A stretch of 64,000 nt of DNA, taken from contig CAVPIB010000004.1 in assembly GCA_963704885.1 (NCBI GenBank), positions 160,001 to 224,000 of the forward strand. The letters run 5' to 3'. The DNA is from an uncultured Actinomycetes bacterium (GTDB taxonomy: Bacteria; Actinomycetota; UBA4738; HRBIN12). Below are positions 19,747-30,437 of this stretch, piece after piece (position 1 is the stretch's first letter; each line of letters opens with the position of its first letter). The notes beneath the pieces were generated by a model that was not told the origin of the DNA, ran no database searches, and saw only the letters and a program-made list of their open reading frames with translations. Both the position numbers and the translations under genes were made by a program.

Positions 19747-22395
19747 GTGGCCCCCTCGCACGGACCCGACGGTCCGAAACGCATCTTCCTGCTGGACGGA
19801 CACTCGCTCGCGTACCGGGCCTTCTTCGCCTTGCCGGTGACACTCGCCACGAGCACCGGCCAGGTCACGAACGCCGTCTACGGCTTCACATCCATGTTGA
19901 TCAAACTGCTGGCCGACGAGCGCCCCGACTACCTCGCCGTCGCGTTCGACCTGGGCGCGCCAACGGTCCGGCTGGAGAAGTATCCCGAGTACAAGGCCGG
20001 TCGCGCCGAGACGCCGAGCGAGTTCAAGCCGCAGCTGGGGTTGATCGACGAGGTGTTGAACGCACTTCACGTGCCGATGGTTCGCGTCGAGGATCACGAG
20101 GCGGACGACGCCATCGGCACGCTCGCGGTCCGAGCCGCCGAACGAGGGATCGAGGCGGTGATCGTCACCGCCGATCGGGACTTCTTCCAGTTGGTGAGGC
20201 CTGGGATCCGCGTGATGTTCAACCGGCGCGGGATCTCCGACATCGTTCTGTTCGATGAGACGGCCGTCGAGGAGCGCTACGGGGTGAAGCCGGAGCAGTA
20301 CCTGGAGTACGTGGCCCTCAAGGGTGACCCTTCGGACAACATCCCGGGTGTGCCGGGAGTGGGGGAGAAGACCGCGGCCAAGCTCGTGCAGCAGTACGGG
20401 TCCGTTGAGGAGATCGTCGCCAACGTGGACGAGCTTCGCGGCAAGCTCAGGGACAACGTCAAGGCGTCGGTCGAACAGCTCTCCCTGAACCGAGAGCTGG
20501 CGCGGATCGTGACGGACCTCCCGCTAGACGTTGAGCCGGAGGACTGCGTCCTGGGCGATTGGGATCCCGACGAGGTACGGCGGCTGTTCACGTCGCTCGA
20601 GTTCCGATCGCTGCTCGACCGGCTGCAGGAGGCGGGGGTCTCCAAGGCCAAGGTCGAGGTGATAGAGCTGGATCTGCGAGAGGTGCCGGTCGCGGAGCTC
20701 GTGGGCGTGCTGGAGACCTCGGGGCCGAAGGCGGTGCGGTTGGACGCGACCGCCAGCGAGATCCGGGGCGCCGCCGCGTCGGCGGGGGGCGCACAGGCCG
20801 CGTATGCGTCGCTCACTTCTCTCGAGCCCCTCGCGATGGTGCTCGGTTCGCCGGCCGCGCCGAAATGGACGCACGATGCCAAGTCGCTGGAGCGTGGAGC
20901 TATCGCGGGTGGCGTCGCCATCGATGGGGTGGTGTTCGACTCGCTGCTGGCGGGGTACCTGCTGGATCCCGCGGCCGCCGACTACCCGCTCGGGGCCCTT
21001 GGCGAGAAGTATCTGGGCGCCGATGTTCTGGGATCGATCGACGACGAGGAAGAGGGTCAGCTCTTCAGCGAGGCCGGCTGGCGCAGGGTCGCTGCGGAGG
21101 CGGCAGCGGTGGCGCTCCTGGCCCCCGTGATGTACGAGGAGGTCGACAAGCAGGGTCTCCGTGAGCTGCTCGAGACGGTGGAGCTACCGCTCGCATCGGT
21201 GCTCGCCCGCATGGAGGCGCGAGGGGTCGCGCTCGACGTGGGCTACCTGGATGAGATGGGGACGTCGGTCCGCGAGCGTATGGACGAGCTGCAGGCGGAC
21301 GTGTTCCGCGCCGCCGGCGAGGAGTTCAACCTGAACTCGCCGCCTCAGCTGCGCGTGGTCCTGTACGAGAAGCTTGGCCTCTCGCCCGGCAAGCGCACGC
21401 CCAAGGGCCAGCTCTCCACAGACGCGAGCGTGCTGGAGAAGCTCCGCGAGCACCCGGTCGTGGACGCGCTGCTCGACTGGCGCGAGCTGGACAAGCTGAA
21501 CTCGACTTACCTGGAGGCGCTGCCCCGGCTGGTCGACCCTGGCGATGGACGCATCCACACCTCGTTCAATCAGGCCGTGGCGGCCACGGGGCGGTTGTCC
21601 TCGTCCAATCCGAACCTGCAGAACATCCCGGTGCGGACGGAGCTCGGACGCCAGATCCGCCGCGCCTTCGTCCCGGGCGACGCTGGTCAGGTCCTGCTGG
21701 CGGCGGACTACTCGCAGATCGAGCTGCGGATCCTGGCGCACCTGTCCGGCGACGAAGGGTTGCGCGAGGCGTTCGCGTCGGGACACGACATCCACACGGC
21801 GACCGCGGCGCGTGTCTTCGGATTGCCAGAGGACAAGGTGGACCCCGCCCTTCGTTCGCGGGCCAAGATGGTGAACTACGGCCTGGCCTACGGCATGAAC
21901 GCATGGGGCCTGGCGACGCGACTGGACATCGCGCCGGACGAGGCGCAGGAGATCATGGATGCCTACTTCGCGAGCTTCCCCGGCATCCGTGAGTATCTGG
22001 ACCGTCAGGTGGATCGCGCGACCGTCGACGGATTCACCGAGACCTTACTGGGCAGACGTCGCTATATCCCCGAGCTTCATGCGTCGAACCCGCGCGTGCG
22101 CGACCTTGGCCGGCGGCAGGCGTTGAACGCCCCGATCCAGGGGAGCGCGAGCGATGTGTTCAAGGTGGCGATGATCCACGTGGACCGTGCGCTGAGGGAA
22201 CATCCGGAGCTCGACTGCCATATGTTGATGACCGTCCACGACGAGTTGGTGTTCGAGGTGAGCGAAGCCACGGTCGATGAGGCCGCGGCGCTGGTGAAGG
22301 AACGGATGGAGGCCGCCGTCCAGTTGGAGGTCGCTCTGCGCGCCGACATCGGTTGGGGCTCCAACTGGTCTGAAGCAGCTCCCGAAGGCCACTGA
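19747..22395 (+). CDS. polA: DNA polymerase I
   Basis: LLDGHSLAYRAFFALP, EADD, GDPSDNIPGVPGVGEKTA, TGRLSSSNPNLQNIP, ADYSQIELR, VHDELV. Confidence 0.98.
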   Translation: MAPSHGPDGPKRIFLLDGHSLAYRAFFALPVTLATSTGQVTNAVYGFTSMLIKLLADERPDYLAVAFDLGAPTVRLEKYPEYKAGRAETPSEFKPQLGLIDEVLNALHVPMVRVEDHEADDAIGTLAVRAAERGIEAVIVTADRDFFQLVRPGIRVMFNRRGISDIVLFDETAVEERYGVKPEQYLEYVALKGDPSDNIPGVPGVGEKTAAKLVQQYGSVEEIVANVDELRGKLRDNVKASVEQLSLNRELARIVTDLPLDVEPEDCVLGDWDPDEVRRLFTSLEFRSLLDRLQEAGVSKAKVEVIELDLREVPVAELVGVLETSGPKAVRLDATASEIRGAAASAGGAQAAYASLTSLEPLAMVLGSPAAPKWTHDAKSLERGAIAGGVAIDGVVFDSLLAGYLLDPAAADYPLGALGEKYLGADVLGSIDDEEEGQLFSEAGWRRVAAEAAAVALLAPVMYEEVDKQGLRELLETVELPLASVLARMEARGVALDVGYLDEMGTSVRERMDELQADVFRAAGEEFNLNSPPQLRVVLYEKLGLSPGKRTPKGQLSTDASVLEKLREHPVVDALLDWRELDKLNSTYLEALPRLVDPGDGRIHTSFNQAVAATGRLSSSNPNLQNIPVRTELGRQIRRAFVPGDAGQVLLAADYSQIELRILAHLSGDEGLREAFASGHDIHTATAARVFGLPEDKVDPALRSRAKMVNYGLAYGMNAWGLATRLDIAPDEAQEIMDAYFASFPGIREYLDRQVDRATVDGFTETLLGRRRYIPELHASNPRVRDLGRRQALNAPIQGSASDVFKVAMIHVDRALREHPELDCHMLMTVHDELVFEVSEATVDEAAALVKERMEAAVQLEVALRADIGWGSNWSEAAPEGH

Positions 22396-22407
22396 CCCCT
22401 CGCGGCG

Positions 22408-22437
22408 TTGACGGCGTTTGGGCTGGTCACCTACCAT
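22408..22437 (+). promoter_or_regulatory. Sigma70-type promoter of rpsA
   Basis: TTGACG-N18-TACCAT, followed by a leader with SD AGGAGGAG. Confidence 0.6.
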
Positions 22438-22523
22438 CCCTCTTGGCCGCAGGGCTCCTGCGCCGCTCGCAAATCCCAAACCGCGAGTCGGTGAGCCCGG
22501 CGCGCCAGGAGGAGAACCACCGC

Positions 22524-24221
22524 ATGAGTGAGAACGAGACGAAGGTCGCCGACGCGACCGAGAGCACCGACACCACCGAGGCACCCGGGGCGATCGCCGT
22601 GGCTGAAGCCACCGAGACGGCGCCGACCGTCGAGTCGGCGGCGCCCGCCGAGCCTGAGCGGGACTTGACGCCTGAAGAGCTCATCATCGCCATGGAGGAG
22701 TCCCTGCGGGACTTCAACGACGGCGACATCGTCGACGGAGAGGTCGTGAAGATCGACCGCGACGAGGTCCTACTGGATATCGGTTACAAGTCGGAGGGCG
22801 TGATCCCGAGCAAGGAGCTATCGATCCGCCACGACGTCGACCCGAACGAGGTAGTGAAGGTCGGCGACAAGATCGAGGCCTTGGTCCTGCAGAAAGAGGA
22901 CAAGGAAGGCCGGCTGATCCTCTCGAAGAAGCGCGCGCAGTATGAGCGGGCGTGGGGCAACATCGAAGAGGTCATGCGGTCAGGAGAGACGATCACGGGG
23001 CCGGTGATCGAGGTCGTGAAGGGCGGGTTGATACTGGACATCGGCCTGCGCGGGTTCCTCCCAGCGTCGTTGGTGGATCTTCGCCGAGTACGTGATCTGC
23101 ATCCGTTCGTGGGCACCGACCTCGAGTGCAAGATCATCGAGCTCGACCGAAACAGGAACAACGTGGTGCTCAGCCGCCGCGCGTTCCTGGAGGAGTCGCA
23201 GTCCGAGGGCCGCAAGTCGTTCCTGGAGGGCCTGACCAAGGGCGAGCGTCGCAAGGGTGCGGTCAGCTCGATCGTGAACTTCGGGGCCTTCGTCGACCTG
23301 GGCGGTGTGGACGGCCTGGTGCACGTCTCCGAGCTCTCGTGGAAGCACGTCGATCACCCCGGTGAGGTCGTCACGGTCGGCGAAGAGGTCGAGGTCGAGG
23401 TGCTCGACGTCGACCTAGAACGTGAGCGCGTGTCGCTCTCGCTCAAGGCGACGCAGGAAGACCCCTGGAAAGAGTTCGAGCGTCGCTACCAGGCCGGCGA
23501 GATCATCGACGGACAAGTCACGAAGCTCGTGCCGTTCGGGGCATTCGTCCGCGTGGCGCCGGGGATCGAGGGTCTGGTGCATATCTCGGAGTTGTCCCAC
23601 GAGCACGTCGACACACCGGAGTCCGTCCTCTCGGTGGGCGACGAGGTCCGCGCGAAGGTCATCGACGTCGACGTGTCGCGCAGACGCGTGAGCCTTTCCA
23701 TGCGTGCGGTGATGGACAAGCCGCGCGCGACCGAGATCGTTGCCGAGGTCGAACCCGAAGCGGCAGCCGAGCCGGAGATGGCGCCCGCGACGCTGGAGGT
23801 GCCGCAGGCGATCCTTGATGCGGTGGCGGAGGCCGAGGCCGATGCCCCGGCCGAGGAGGCCGAGGCCGATGCCCCGGCCGAGGCTGAGAGCTCGGTAGCG
23901 GAAGCCGCGATGGACGAGCTCGCCGAGGTGTCCGCTTCGGCCGACCCCATACAGGCGCTTGCAGAGGAGCCCGTCATCGAGGTCGAGGAGGCGGCTCCCG
24001 TGGAGGTCACGGTCGCCGAGCCCGTCGCCGCCGAACCGGAGTCTGAACCAGCGCCAGAGCCCGTGGTCGAGGCGGAAGCAGTTGAGGCCCCCTCCGAACC
24101 CGCTGCCGCCGAGCCCGAGATCGTCGAGCCCGAGACCGCCGAGCCGGCGGCGTCCGACGAGGAGGTCTCGCTCGAGGCCATCCTCGAGGATCTTCGCCGG
24201 CGCGAAGGTCGCAAAGAGTAG
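22524..24221 (+). CDS. rpsA: 30S ribosomal protein S1 with long acidic C-terminal tail
   Basis: Four S1 repeats (DIGYKSEGVIP, DIGLRGFLPAS, FGAFVDLGGVDGLVHVSE, FGAFVRV..GIEGLVHISE). Confidence 0.97.
   Translation: MSENETKVADATESTDTTEAPGAIAVAEATETAPTVESAAPAEPERDLTPEELIIAMEESLRDFNDGDIVDGEVVKIDRDEVLLDIGYKSEGVIPSKELSIRHDVDPNEVVKVGDKIEALVLQKEDKEGRLILSKKRAQYERAWGNIEEVMRSGETITGPVIEVVKGGLILDIGLRGFLPASLVDLRRVRDLHPFVGTDLECKIIELDRNRNNVVLSRRAFLEESQSEGRKSFLEGLTKGERRKGAVSSIVNFGAFVDLGGVDGLVHVSELSWKHVDHPGEVVTVGEEVEVEVLDVDLERERVSLSLKATQEDPWKEFERRYQAGEIIDGQVTKLVPFGAFVRVAPGIEGLVHISELSHEHVDTPESVLSVGDEVRAKVIDVDVSRRRVSLSMRAVMDKPRATEIVAEVEPEAAAEPEMAPATLEVPQAILDAVAEAEADAPAEEAEADAPAEAESSVAEAAMDELAEVSASADPIQALAEEPVIEVEEAAPVEVTVAEPVAAEPESEPAPEPVVEAEAVEAPSEPAAAEPEIVEPETAEPAASDEEVSLEAILEDLRRREGRKE
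23829..23882 (+). repeat. Perfect 27-bp tandem duplication in the rpsA tail (EAEADAPAE x2)
   Basis: gaggccgaggccgatgccccggccgag at 23829-23855 and 23856-23882. Confidence 0.9.
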
Positions 24222-24253
24222 GGACGCCGGGCCGCGGATCGGCCCGTCTCGAC

Positions 24254-24862
24254 ATGTTGCTCGTCGGACTCACCGGCGGTATCGGGTCTGGCAAGTCGAC
24301 GGTTGCCCGGCTACTGGCCGCCCGTGGCGCCGTCGTCATCGATGCCGACGATCTGGCTCGACGGGCGGTCGGTCCCGGCACGGACGCCTTCGACCGTGTG
24401 GTCAAGGTGTTCGGTAGCGACATCCTCTCCGGCAACGGCGATCTGGACCGTCGTCGGCTGGGCGAGGTCGTATTCGCCGACGCGGCCCTGCGTCAGGAGC
24501 TGGAGGGGATCGTTCATCCCGAGGTCGCCCGCCTATTCGCGGAGGCGCTGAACCAGCATCGAGAGACCGACGACGTGGTCGTCTATTCGGTCCCCCTCTT
24601 GGTAGAGCTGGGCATGGCCGACGCGTTCGATGTGGTCGTGGTCGTGGTGGCGGATGCGCGAACCCGCGTGGAACGCGTCGCGCGAGATCGGGGCTTGGAC
24701 CCCCGCGAGGTGCGTGCCAGGATCGCCGCTCAGGTGTCCGACGACGATCGTTCTCGTGTGGCCGGGGTGCTGCTGGACAACGACGGCGAGCCCGAAGAGC
24801 TTGAGCGGCAGGTCGACCGTCTCTGGAGCGACCTGGCGGAGCAAGCGGTCGCCGACCCGTGA
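24254..24862 (+). CDS. coaE: Dephospho-CoA kinase
   Basis: VGLTGGIGSGKSTV, IDAD, LEGIVHP, VPLLVE; conserved position after rpsA. Confidence 0.96.
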   Translation: MLLVGLTGGIGSGKSTVARLLAARGAVVIDADDLARRAVGPGTDAFDRVVKVFGSDILSGNGDLDRRRLGEVVFADAALRQELEGIVHPEVARLFAEALNQHRETDDVVVYSVPLLVELGMADAFDVVVVVVADARTRVERVARDRGLDPREVRARIAAQVSDDDRSRVAGVLLDNDGEPEELERQVDRLWSDLAEQAVADP

Positions 24863-24887
24863 GCTCGCCGTCGGTATCATCGCGCCC

Positions 24888-25586
24888 GTGACGCTCCGCG
24901 CCGTCTTCTTCGATGCCGGTGAGACGCTCGTGCACCCTGCGCCTTCGTTCCCGGAGCTCTTCGCCGCCATCGTGACGCGCGAGGGGCATCCGCGCGACAT
25001 CCCACAGATCATGGAAGGCCTCTCCATGGTGTCCGACGAGTTCTCCCGCGCCGCTAGGGAGAACGAGCTCTGGACGACGAGCCCCGGTCGCTCGCGGCGG
25101 TTCTGGCTGGGCGTATACGACCTGTTCCTGGAGGCGCTCGACATCCCGCAGGCGAACGGACTTCCCGATACGCTCTTCCGGGAGTTCACAGCCCTTCACA
25201 ACTACACGGCCTTCGACGATGTTCGACCTACGCTCGAATCACTTACAGAGCAAGGGTATCTGCTGGGCGTGATCTCCAACTTCGAGCCTTGGCTGGAGGA
25301 CCTGTTGGTGCACCTGTCGCTCGTTGATCTGCTACCGGTGCGCGTGATCTCCGGGATCGAGGGAGTGGAGAAGCCCGACCCGTCGATCTTCCTGCTGGCC
25401 CTGCAGCGCAGTGGTCTGTTGGCTCACGAGGTCGCGTACGTCGGCGACATGCCGGACTTCGACGTCGTTCCGGCCGCGGCGCTCGGTATGTTCCCCATCC
25501 TCATCGATCGCCGAGGGCGCCATCCCGACCACGACGGGGTGCGCGTGAGCGACCTCGCCCACATCCCGGGGCTGCTGCGTGGTTGA
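24888..25586 (+). CDS. HAD-superfamily hydrolase
   Basis: FFDAGETL, ISN, EKPDP.IF, YVGD; leaderless TATCAT-N7-GTG start. Confidence 0.88.
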   Translation: MTLRAVFFDAGETLVHPAPSFPELFAAIVTREGHPRDIPQIMEGLSMVSDEFSRAARENELWTTSPGRSRRFWLGVYDLFLEALDIPQANGLPDTLFREFTALHNYTAFDDVRPTLESLTEQGYLLGVISNFEPWLEDLLVHLSLVDLLPVRVISGIEGVEKPDPSIFLLALQRSGLLAHEVAYVGDMPDFDVVPAAALGMFPILIDRRGRHPDHDGVRVSDLAHIPGLLRG

Positions 25587-25953
25587 GCCGGAGCGTCTCT
25601 TCACCCGCGACGAGGCCCAGGCCGAGCTGGAAGAGCTGCGCGAGCGCCTACCCCGCATCCGGGAGGCTCGGCACGCCTTGATCAAGGCGAGCGCGCGCAT
25701 CACCGAGGCGGTCGCCGTGGATGGAGGTGGCGTGGCAGGCACCGACTGGTTCGGCGCGCAGCAGACGCTGAAGGCAGATGTCGAGTACTTGGCCGAACGA
25801 GGGATCCTGCTCCGCGACCCCGAGACGGGGCTGGTGGACTTCCCCGGGGTGGTCGAAGGGCGTCGCGTGTTCCTCTGTTGGCGCCTGGGCGAGGACGACG
25901 TGGCCTGGTACCACGAGGAGCGCTCCGGGTTCTCAGGACGCAAGTCGCTGTGA
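25579..25953 (+). CDS. DUF2203-like protein
   Basis: FT..EA, GILLRDPETGLVDFP, LCWRLGE, WYH...GFSGRK pattern. Confidence 0.8.
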   Translation: MVEPERLFTRDEAQAELEELRERLPRIREARHALIKASARITEAVAVDGGGVAGTDWFGAQQTLKADVEYLAERGILLRDPETGLVDFPGVVEGRRVFLCWRLGEDDVAWYHEERSGFSGRKSL

Positions 25954-26045
25954 GTCCTGACAGGCCAGTCGTCCTGGCCATGGGCGCGAAGACGGACTGC
26001 GATCTGCGCCAGGACCTCGGATCCATGCCGGGTTAGGGTGATTCC

Positions 26046-26954
26046 GTGACCGAGCGCGTGATCGAGATCCGAGGCCTGCGGAAGTCCTACGGCGACGTCG
26101 AGGCCGTGAAGGGGATCGACCTGCACGTGGAGCGCGGTGAGGTCTTCGCCCTCCTCGGACCCAACGGCGCCGGCAAGACGACGACCGCGGAGATCCTGGA
26201 AGGGTTCCGGTCGAAGACGGACGGCGAGGTGAGCGTCCTGGGACACGACCCCGCGCGGCGAGAGGTCTCGCTCAAACAGCGGATCGGGATCGTGCTCCAG
26301 TCAACCGGCATCGACCCCTTCCTCACCGTGCGCGAGACGGTCGAGCTGTACAGCGGCTACTTCCCGCATCCGCGCGACGTCGACGAGGTGATCGACCTCG
26401 TCGGGTTGGCCGAGAAGCGCACCACGCGGGTGAACAAGCTCTCCGGCGGGCAGCAGCGGCGCCTGGACGTCGCGATCGCGCTCGCGGGGGATCCCGAGTT
26501 GCTCTTCCTGGACGAACCGACGACCGGGTTCGACCCGAACGCCAGGCGGAACGCGTGGGAGATCGTGAAGAACCTGGTGGGGATCGGGAAGACCGTGTTC
26601 CTCACGACGCACTTCATGGACGAGGCGCAGTACCTCGCGAACCGCGTCGCGGTGATTTCCCACGGCCAGATCGTAGCCGAGGGGCCACCGGACACGCTGT
26701 CGGGCCGGGACACGATGCTCGCGCGGATCCGGTTTCGCGTGGCGGGTGACGGCGCGACTCCGCCCGATCTCGGACAAGTGCGCCTGGACGACGGCTCCTT
26801 CGAGATCAGAGCCGAAGATCCGAGGAAGCCAGTTCACGAGCTGACCGGCTGGGCGCTCGTCGGTGGGGTCGAGTTCGAAGTGCTCGAGGTGACCCGCCCG
26901 AGCTTGGAGGACGTCTACCTGGACATCACCGGCGGAGAGGAGGGTTCGGAGTGA
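26046..26954 (+). CDS. ABC-2 type exporter ATP-binding protein
   Basis: GPNGAGKTT, LSGGQQRR, LDEPTTGFD, TTHFMDEA, PSLEDVYL. Confidence 0.92.
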   Translation: MTERVIEIRGLRKSYGDVEAVKGIDLHVERGEVFALLGPNGAGKTTTAEILEGFRSKTDGEVSVLGHDPARREVSLKQRIGIVLQSTGIDPFLTVRETVELYSGYFPHPRDVDEVIDLVGLAEKRTTRVNKLSGGQQRRLDVAIALAGDPELLFLDEPTTGFDPNARRNAWEIVKNLVGIGKTVFLTTHFMDEAQYLANRVAVISHGQIVAEGPPDTLSGRDTMLARIRFRVAGDGATPPDLGQVRLDDGSFEIRAEDPRKPVHELTGWALVGGVEFEVLEVTRPSLEDVYLDITGGEEGSE

Positions 26955-27727
26955 GCACCGTCGGGTTGACGCTTCGGCAGGTCCGCTTCACGAACAAGGC
27001 CTTCTGGCGCAACCCGGCCTCGGCGTTCTTCACGTTCGCCTTCCCGCTGATGTTCCTCGTGATCTTCACTTCACTCCTGGGGAGCGGCACGATAGAGGTC
27101 GCACCGGGGATCGTGATCGACCAATCGACCTACTACGTCGCGTCGATGGCTGCCTTCTCGGTCATCTCGGCTTGTTACACCAACATCGCGATCAGCGTGT
27201 GCTTCAACCGCGACGCCGGCATCCTCAAGCGGACGCGAGGTACACCCTTGCCCGGTTCGGCGTATCTCGCCGCGCGAATCGTTCATTCGCTGGGGGTCGC
27301 GATCATCCTCGTGGTGATCACCGAGGCCTTCGGCGCCGCCTTCTACGGGGCGGACGTACCTACGGGCGTGCAGATCGTGGAATCGCTATTCGTCATCGTG
27401 GTGGGGGCCATGAGTCTGGCTGCGCTCGCTCTCGCGCTGACCTCGGTGATCCCTAACGCCGACGCGGCGCCGCCGATCGTGAACGCGTCGATCCTGCCGT
27501 TGTTGTTCCTGTCCGGGGTGTTCATCCCGCTGGGAGTAGACGCGCCGGCGTGGGTCACGTTCATTGGGCGCGTGTTTCCGATCAAACCATTCTTCGACGC
27601 CATCATGGCGAGCCTCTATGGATCGCCATTCGAGTTCGACTGGTCGGACATCCTCGTGGTGGCGGCGTGGGGGCTCGTCGGCTTGATCCTGGCGGCTCGA
27701 TTCTTCAGCTGGGAGCCTCGGAAGTAG
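26951..27727 (+). CDS. ABC-2 type exporter permease
   Basis: About six hydrophobic segments, R..GILKR.RGTPL, FLSGVFIP; GTGA overlap. Confidence 0.9.
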   Translation: MSTVGLTLRQVRFTNKAFWRNPASAFFTFAFPLMFLVIFTSLLGSGTIEVAPGIVIDQSTYYVASMAAFSVISACYTNIAISVCFNRDAGILKRTRGTPLPGSAYLAARIVHSLGVAIILVVITEAFGAAFYGADVPTGVQIVESLFVIVVGAMSLAALALALTSVIPNADAAPPIVNASILPLLFLSGVFIPLGVDAPAWVTFIGRVFPIKPFFDAIMASLYGSPFEFDWSDILVVAAWGLVGLILAARFFSWEPRK

Positions 27728-27806
27728 GTCGCTGTGCTAGGCTCGCCGCCTCGGATCGGGGAGTCTTCGGTCCGCCATCTTGGCAGGTGAACGAGGGGGT
27801 TCCGTG

Positions 27807-28751
27807 ATGCGCAAGCTCTTGGTCGGTCTGGTCGCGTTGACGTTCGTCGCGGCTGCGTGCGCCAATGAAGACAACTCCGGCGCGGGTTCGACGCCCAGCG
27901 TTAGCGAGACTTCCTCTGAGTCACCGTCCGTGGTCGCCACGGCTGCGACCTGTGCCGCGGACGCCACCTTCATCACGGCCGGGACCTTCACCGTGGGTAC
28001 GGACAACCCCGCGTACCCGCCGTACTTCCAGGGAGGGAGCGAGAAGGCTTCGGACTGGGAGTTCAACGACCCCAACAACGGCGAGGGCTTCGAGAGCGCG
28101 GTCGCGTACGCGGTGGCCGAGAGGCTCGGGTTCAGTGCCGAACAGGTGTCGTGGACCATGGTGCCGTTCGTGCAGTCTTACGCACCCGGCGCCAAGGCGT
28201 TCGATGTCGACATCAACCAGATCTCCTATAAGCCGGCGCGCGCGCAGGCCGTGGACTTCAGCGAGAGCTACTACGACGTGAACCAAGCGCTCATCGGGAT
28301 CAAGGGCACGCCGATCACCGGCGCGACCTCGATCGCCGATCTCAAGGACTACGCGTTGGCAACACAGCTCGGGACCACCAGCTTTGACTACATCCAGAAC
28401 GTGATCCAACCGACTCAGGATGCCGGCGTCTACCAGAAGCTCTCCGACGCCGTGGCGGCTATCAACGCCGGCCAGGTTGACGGGCTGGTGGTCGACTATC
28501 CGACCGCGCTCTACATGGCGGACCCGTTCGTCCAGCAGGTGAAGAAGTCGGTCGTCGTGGGTCAGTTCGCGAACCCTGAGGGCTCCACGCCCGAGTATTT
28601 CGGCATGGTCCTGGCCAAGGGGAGTCCGCTCACGGCATGCGTGAACATGGCCATCGACGAGCTGAAGGCCGATGGGACGCTCGACGCGATCACCAAGGAG
28701 TGGCTGTCCGACAAGACCAACGTCGGCACGGTTCCTGAGTTCACCACTTAG
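27807..28751 (+). CDS. Amino acid ABC substrate-binding lipoprotein
   Basis: Lipobox AAAC, GTDNPAYPPYF, GFESAVAYAVA, DFSESYY, DGTLDAITKEWL. Confidence 0.9.
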   Translation: MRKLLVGLVALTFVAAACANEDNSGAGSTPSVSETSSESPSVVATAATCAADATFITAGTFTVGTDNPAYPPYFQGGSEKASDWEFNDPNNGEGFESAVAYAVAERLGFSAEQVSWTMVPFVQSYAPGAKAFDVDINQISYKPARAQAVDFSESYYDVNQALIGIKGTPITGATSIADLKDYALATQLGTTSFDYIQNVIQPTQDAGVYQKLSDAVAAINAGQVDGLVVDYPTALYMADPFVQQVKKSVVVGQFANPEGSTPEYFGMVLAKGSPLTACVNMAIDELKADGTLDAITKEWLSDKTNVGTVPEFTT

Positions 28752-28759
28752 CGAGGAAC

Positions 28760-29659
28760 GTGTCGTACGGCGGGCCGGGTCTCGCAGACGTCCAGCCGGG
28801 TGACCCCCGGCATGAACCGGGTGATCGATCGTCCAAGATCCTCGGCCCCCTCCGGGCGGAGGGTGGGCGCGGTGTCCTGGTCGCCACCATCAGCACCGTC
28901 GTCGTCATCGGCCTGATCGTCTTCGTGGTGCTGCATTCGGCGCACTGGCTGGAGTTCAAGCAGGCCTTCTTCAACGCGCAGGTGCTGGGAGATACCTTCC
29001 CCGACATCCTCAGCGCGTTCCGGAGGAACATCCTCTACTTCTTGATCGCCGAGCCGATCATCCTGGCGCTCGCCCTGCTGCTCGCGGTCATGAGGTCGCT
29101 TCCCGGACCGGTCTTCTTCCCGTTGCGACTGGTAGCCACCATCTACGTGGACGTGTTCCGCGGGATCCCCACGATCCTGGTGATCTACCTCCTGGGGTTC
29201 GGGGTGCCGGCCCTGCAGATCCCGGGGCTGCCGACCTCGGCGATCCCCTGGGCGCTCCTCGGCCTGATCCTCAGCTACTCGGCCTACGTGGCCGAGGTCT
29301 ACCGCGCGGGGATCGAGTCCGTTCATCCGAGCCAGGCGGCGGCGGCTCGCTCGCTCGGACTGGGACGCTGGCAGACCCTCAGGTTCGTGATCGTGCCGCA
29401 AGCGGTTCGACGTGTCATCCCGCCTTTGCTGAACGACTTCATCGCCCTTCAGAAGGACACGGCGCTCGTCGCCGTGGTGGCGGGTTTTCCCTATGAGGCG
29501 TTCCTCCAATCTCAGATCTTCCAGGCGGCCACGTTCAACTTCACGCCCGTCCTGGGCGCAGCGATCTGCTTCCTGGTGATCACGCTACCCCTGACGCGGT
29601 TCACCGACTGGCTCGTCGGTCGTCAGCGGAAGAAGCGACAGGCAGGGGGTGCGCTGTGA
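28760..29659 (+). CDS. Amino acid ABC permease
   Basis: [42 protein letters not shown]. Confidence 0.9.
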   Translation: MSYGGPGLADVQPGDPRHEPGDRSSKILGPLRAEGGRGVLVATISTVVVIGLIVFVVLHSAHWLEFKQAFFNAQVLGDTFPDILSAFRRNILYFLIAEPIILALALLLAVMRSLPGPVFFPLRLVATIYVDVFRGIPTILVIYLLGFGVPALQIPGLPTSAIPWALLGLILSYSAYVAEVYRAGIESVHPSQAAAARSLGLGRWQTLRFVIVPQAVRRVIPPLLNDFIALQKDTALVAVVAGFPYEAFLQSQIFQAATFNFTPVLGAAICFLVITLPLTRFTDWLVGRQRKKRQAGGAL

Positions 29660-30402
29660 CCGAGGCGATCCGCGTATCCGGGCTCAAGAAGCGATTCGGG
29701 ACACTCGAAGTGTTACGCGGGTTGGACCTCACGGTCGAGGACCACGAGGTGATCTGCTTGATCGGTGCGTCGGGCTCGGGTAAGTCGACCCTGTTGCGGT
29801 GCCTCAACCTGGTCGAGCCCATCGACTCGGGCTCGATCGTGATCCATGGACGGGAGATCACGGCGCCAGGGGTCGACGTCAACGCGATCAGACGCCAGAT
29901 CGGGATCGTCTTCCAATCCTTCAACCTTTTCCCGCATATGACCGCGCGTCGGAACATCACGCTGGCGCCGACGCGGGTACTGAAGATGCCGCGCGCCCAA
30001 GCGGACGAGGAGGCGCGCCAGCTGCTGGATCGGTTTGGGCTGCTGGACAAGGCCGACGAGTACCCCGACCGATTGTCGGGCGGTCAGCAACAGCGCGTGG
30101 CCATCATGCGAGCTCTCGCGATGCAGCCCGACATCATGTTGCTCGACGAGGTCACCAGCGCGCTCGACCCGGAACTGGTGGCGGAGGTCCTTGACGTGAT
30201 CCGCGAGCTGGCGACCGGTGGCATGACCATGCTGATCGCGACCCACGAGATGGGCTTCGCGCGCGACATCGCGAGCCGGGTGTGCTTCCTAGATGAAGGC
30301 GTCATCCTGGAGCAGGGTCCTCCAGAGCAGATCTTCACGGACCCGAAGCAGGAGCGCACGAAGCAGTTCCTGCAGCGGATCATCGCGGCAGGCCGGATGT
30401 GA
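29656..30402 (+). CDS. Amino acid ABC ATP-binding protein
   Basis: [38 protein letters not shown]. Confidence 0.93.
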   Translation: MTEAIRVSGLKKRFGTLEVLRGLDLTVEDHEVICLIGASGSGKSTLLRCLNLVEPIDSGSIVIHGREITAPGVDVNAIRRQIGIVFQSFNLFPHMTARRNITLAPTRVLKMPRAQADEEARQLLDRFGLLDKADEYPDRLSGGQQQRVAIMRALAMQPDIMLLDEVTSALDPELVAEVLDVIRELATGGMTMLIATHEMGFARDIASRVCFLDEGVILEQGPPEQIFTDPKQERTKQFLQRIIAAGRM

Positions 30403-30437
30403 GCGGGAGGGCGGATGGAGTTGCGCGGCTCGTCGAC

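Noticed and set aside
27735-27803. Hairpins in the leader of the amino acid SBP gene as a riboswitch
   Set aside because: No conserved motif of SAM, glycine, lysine or other known aptamers recognised
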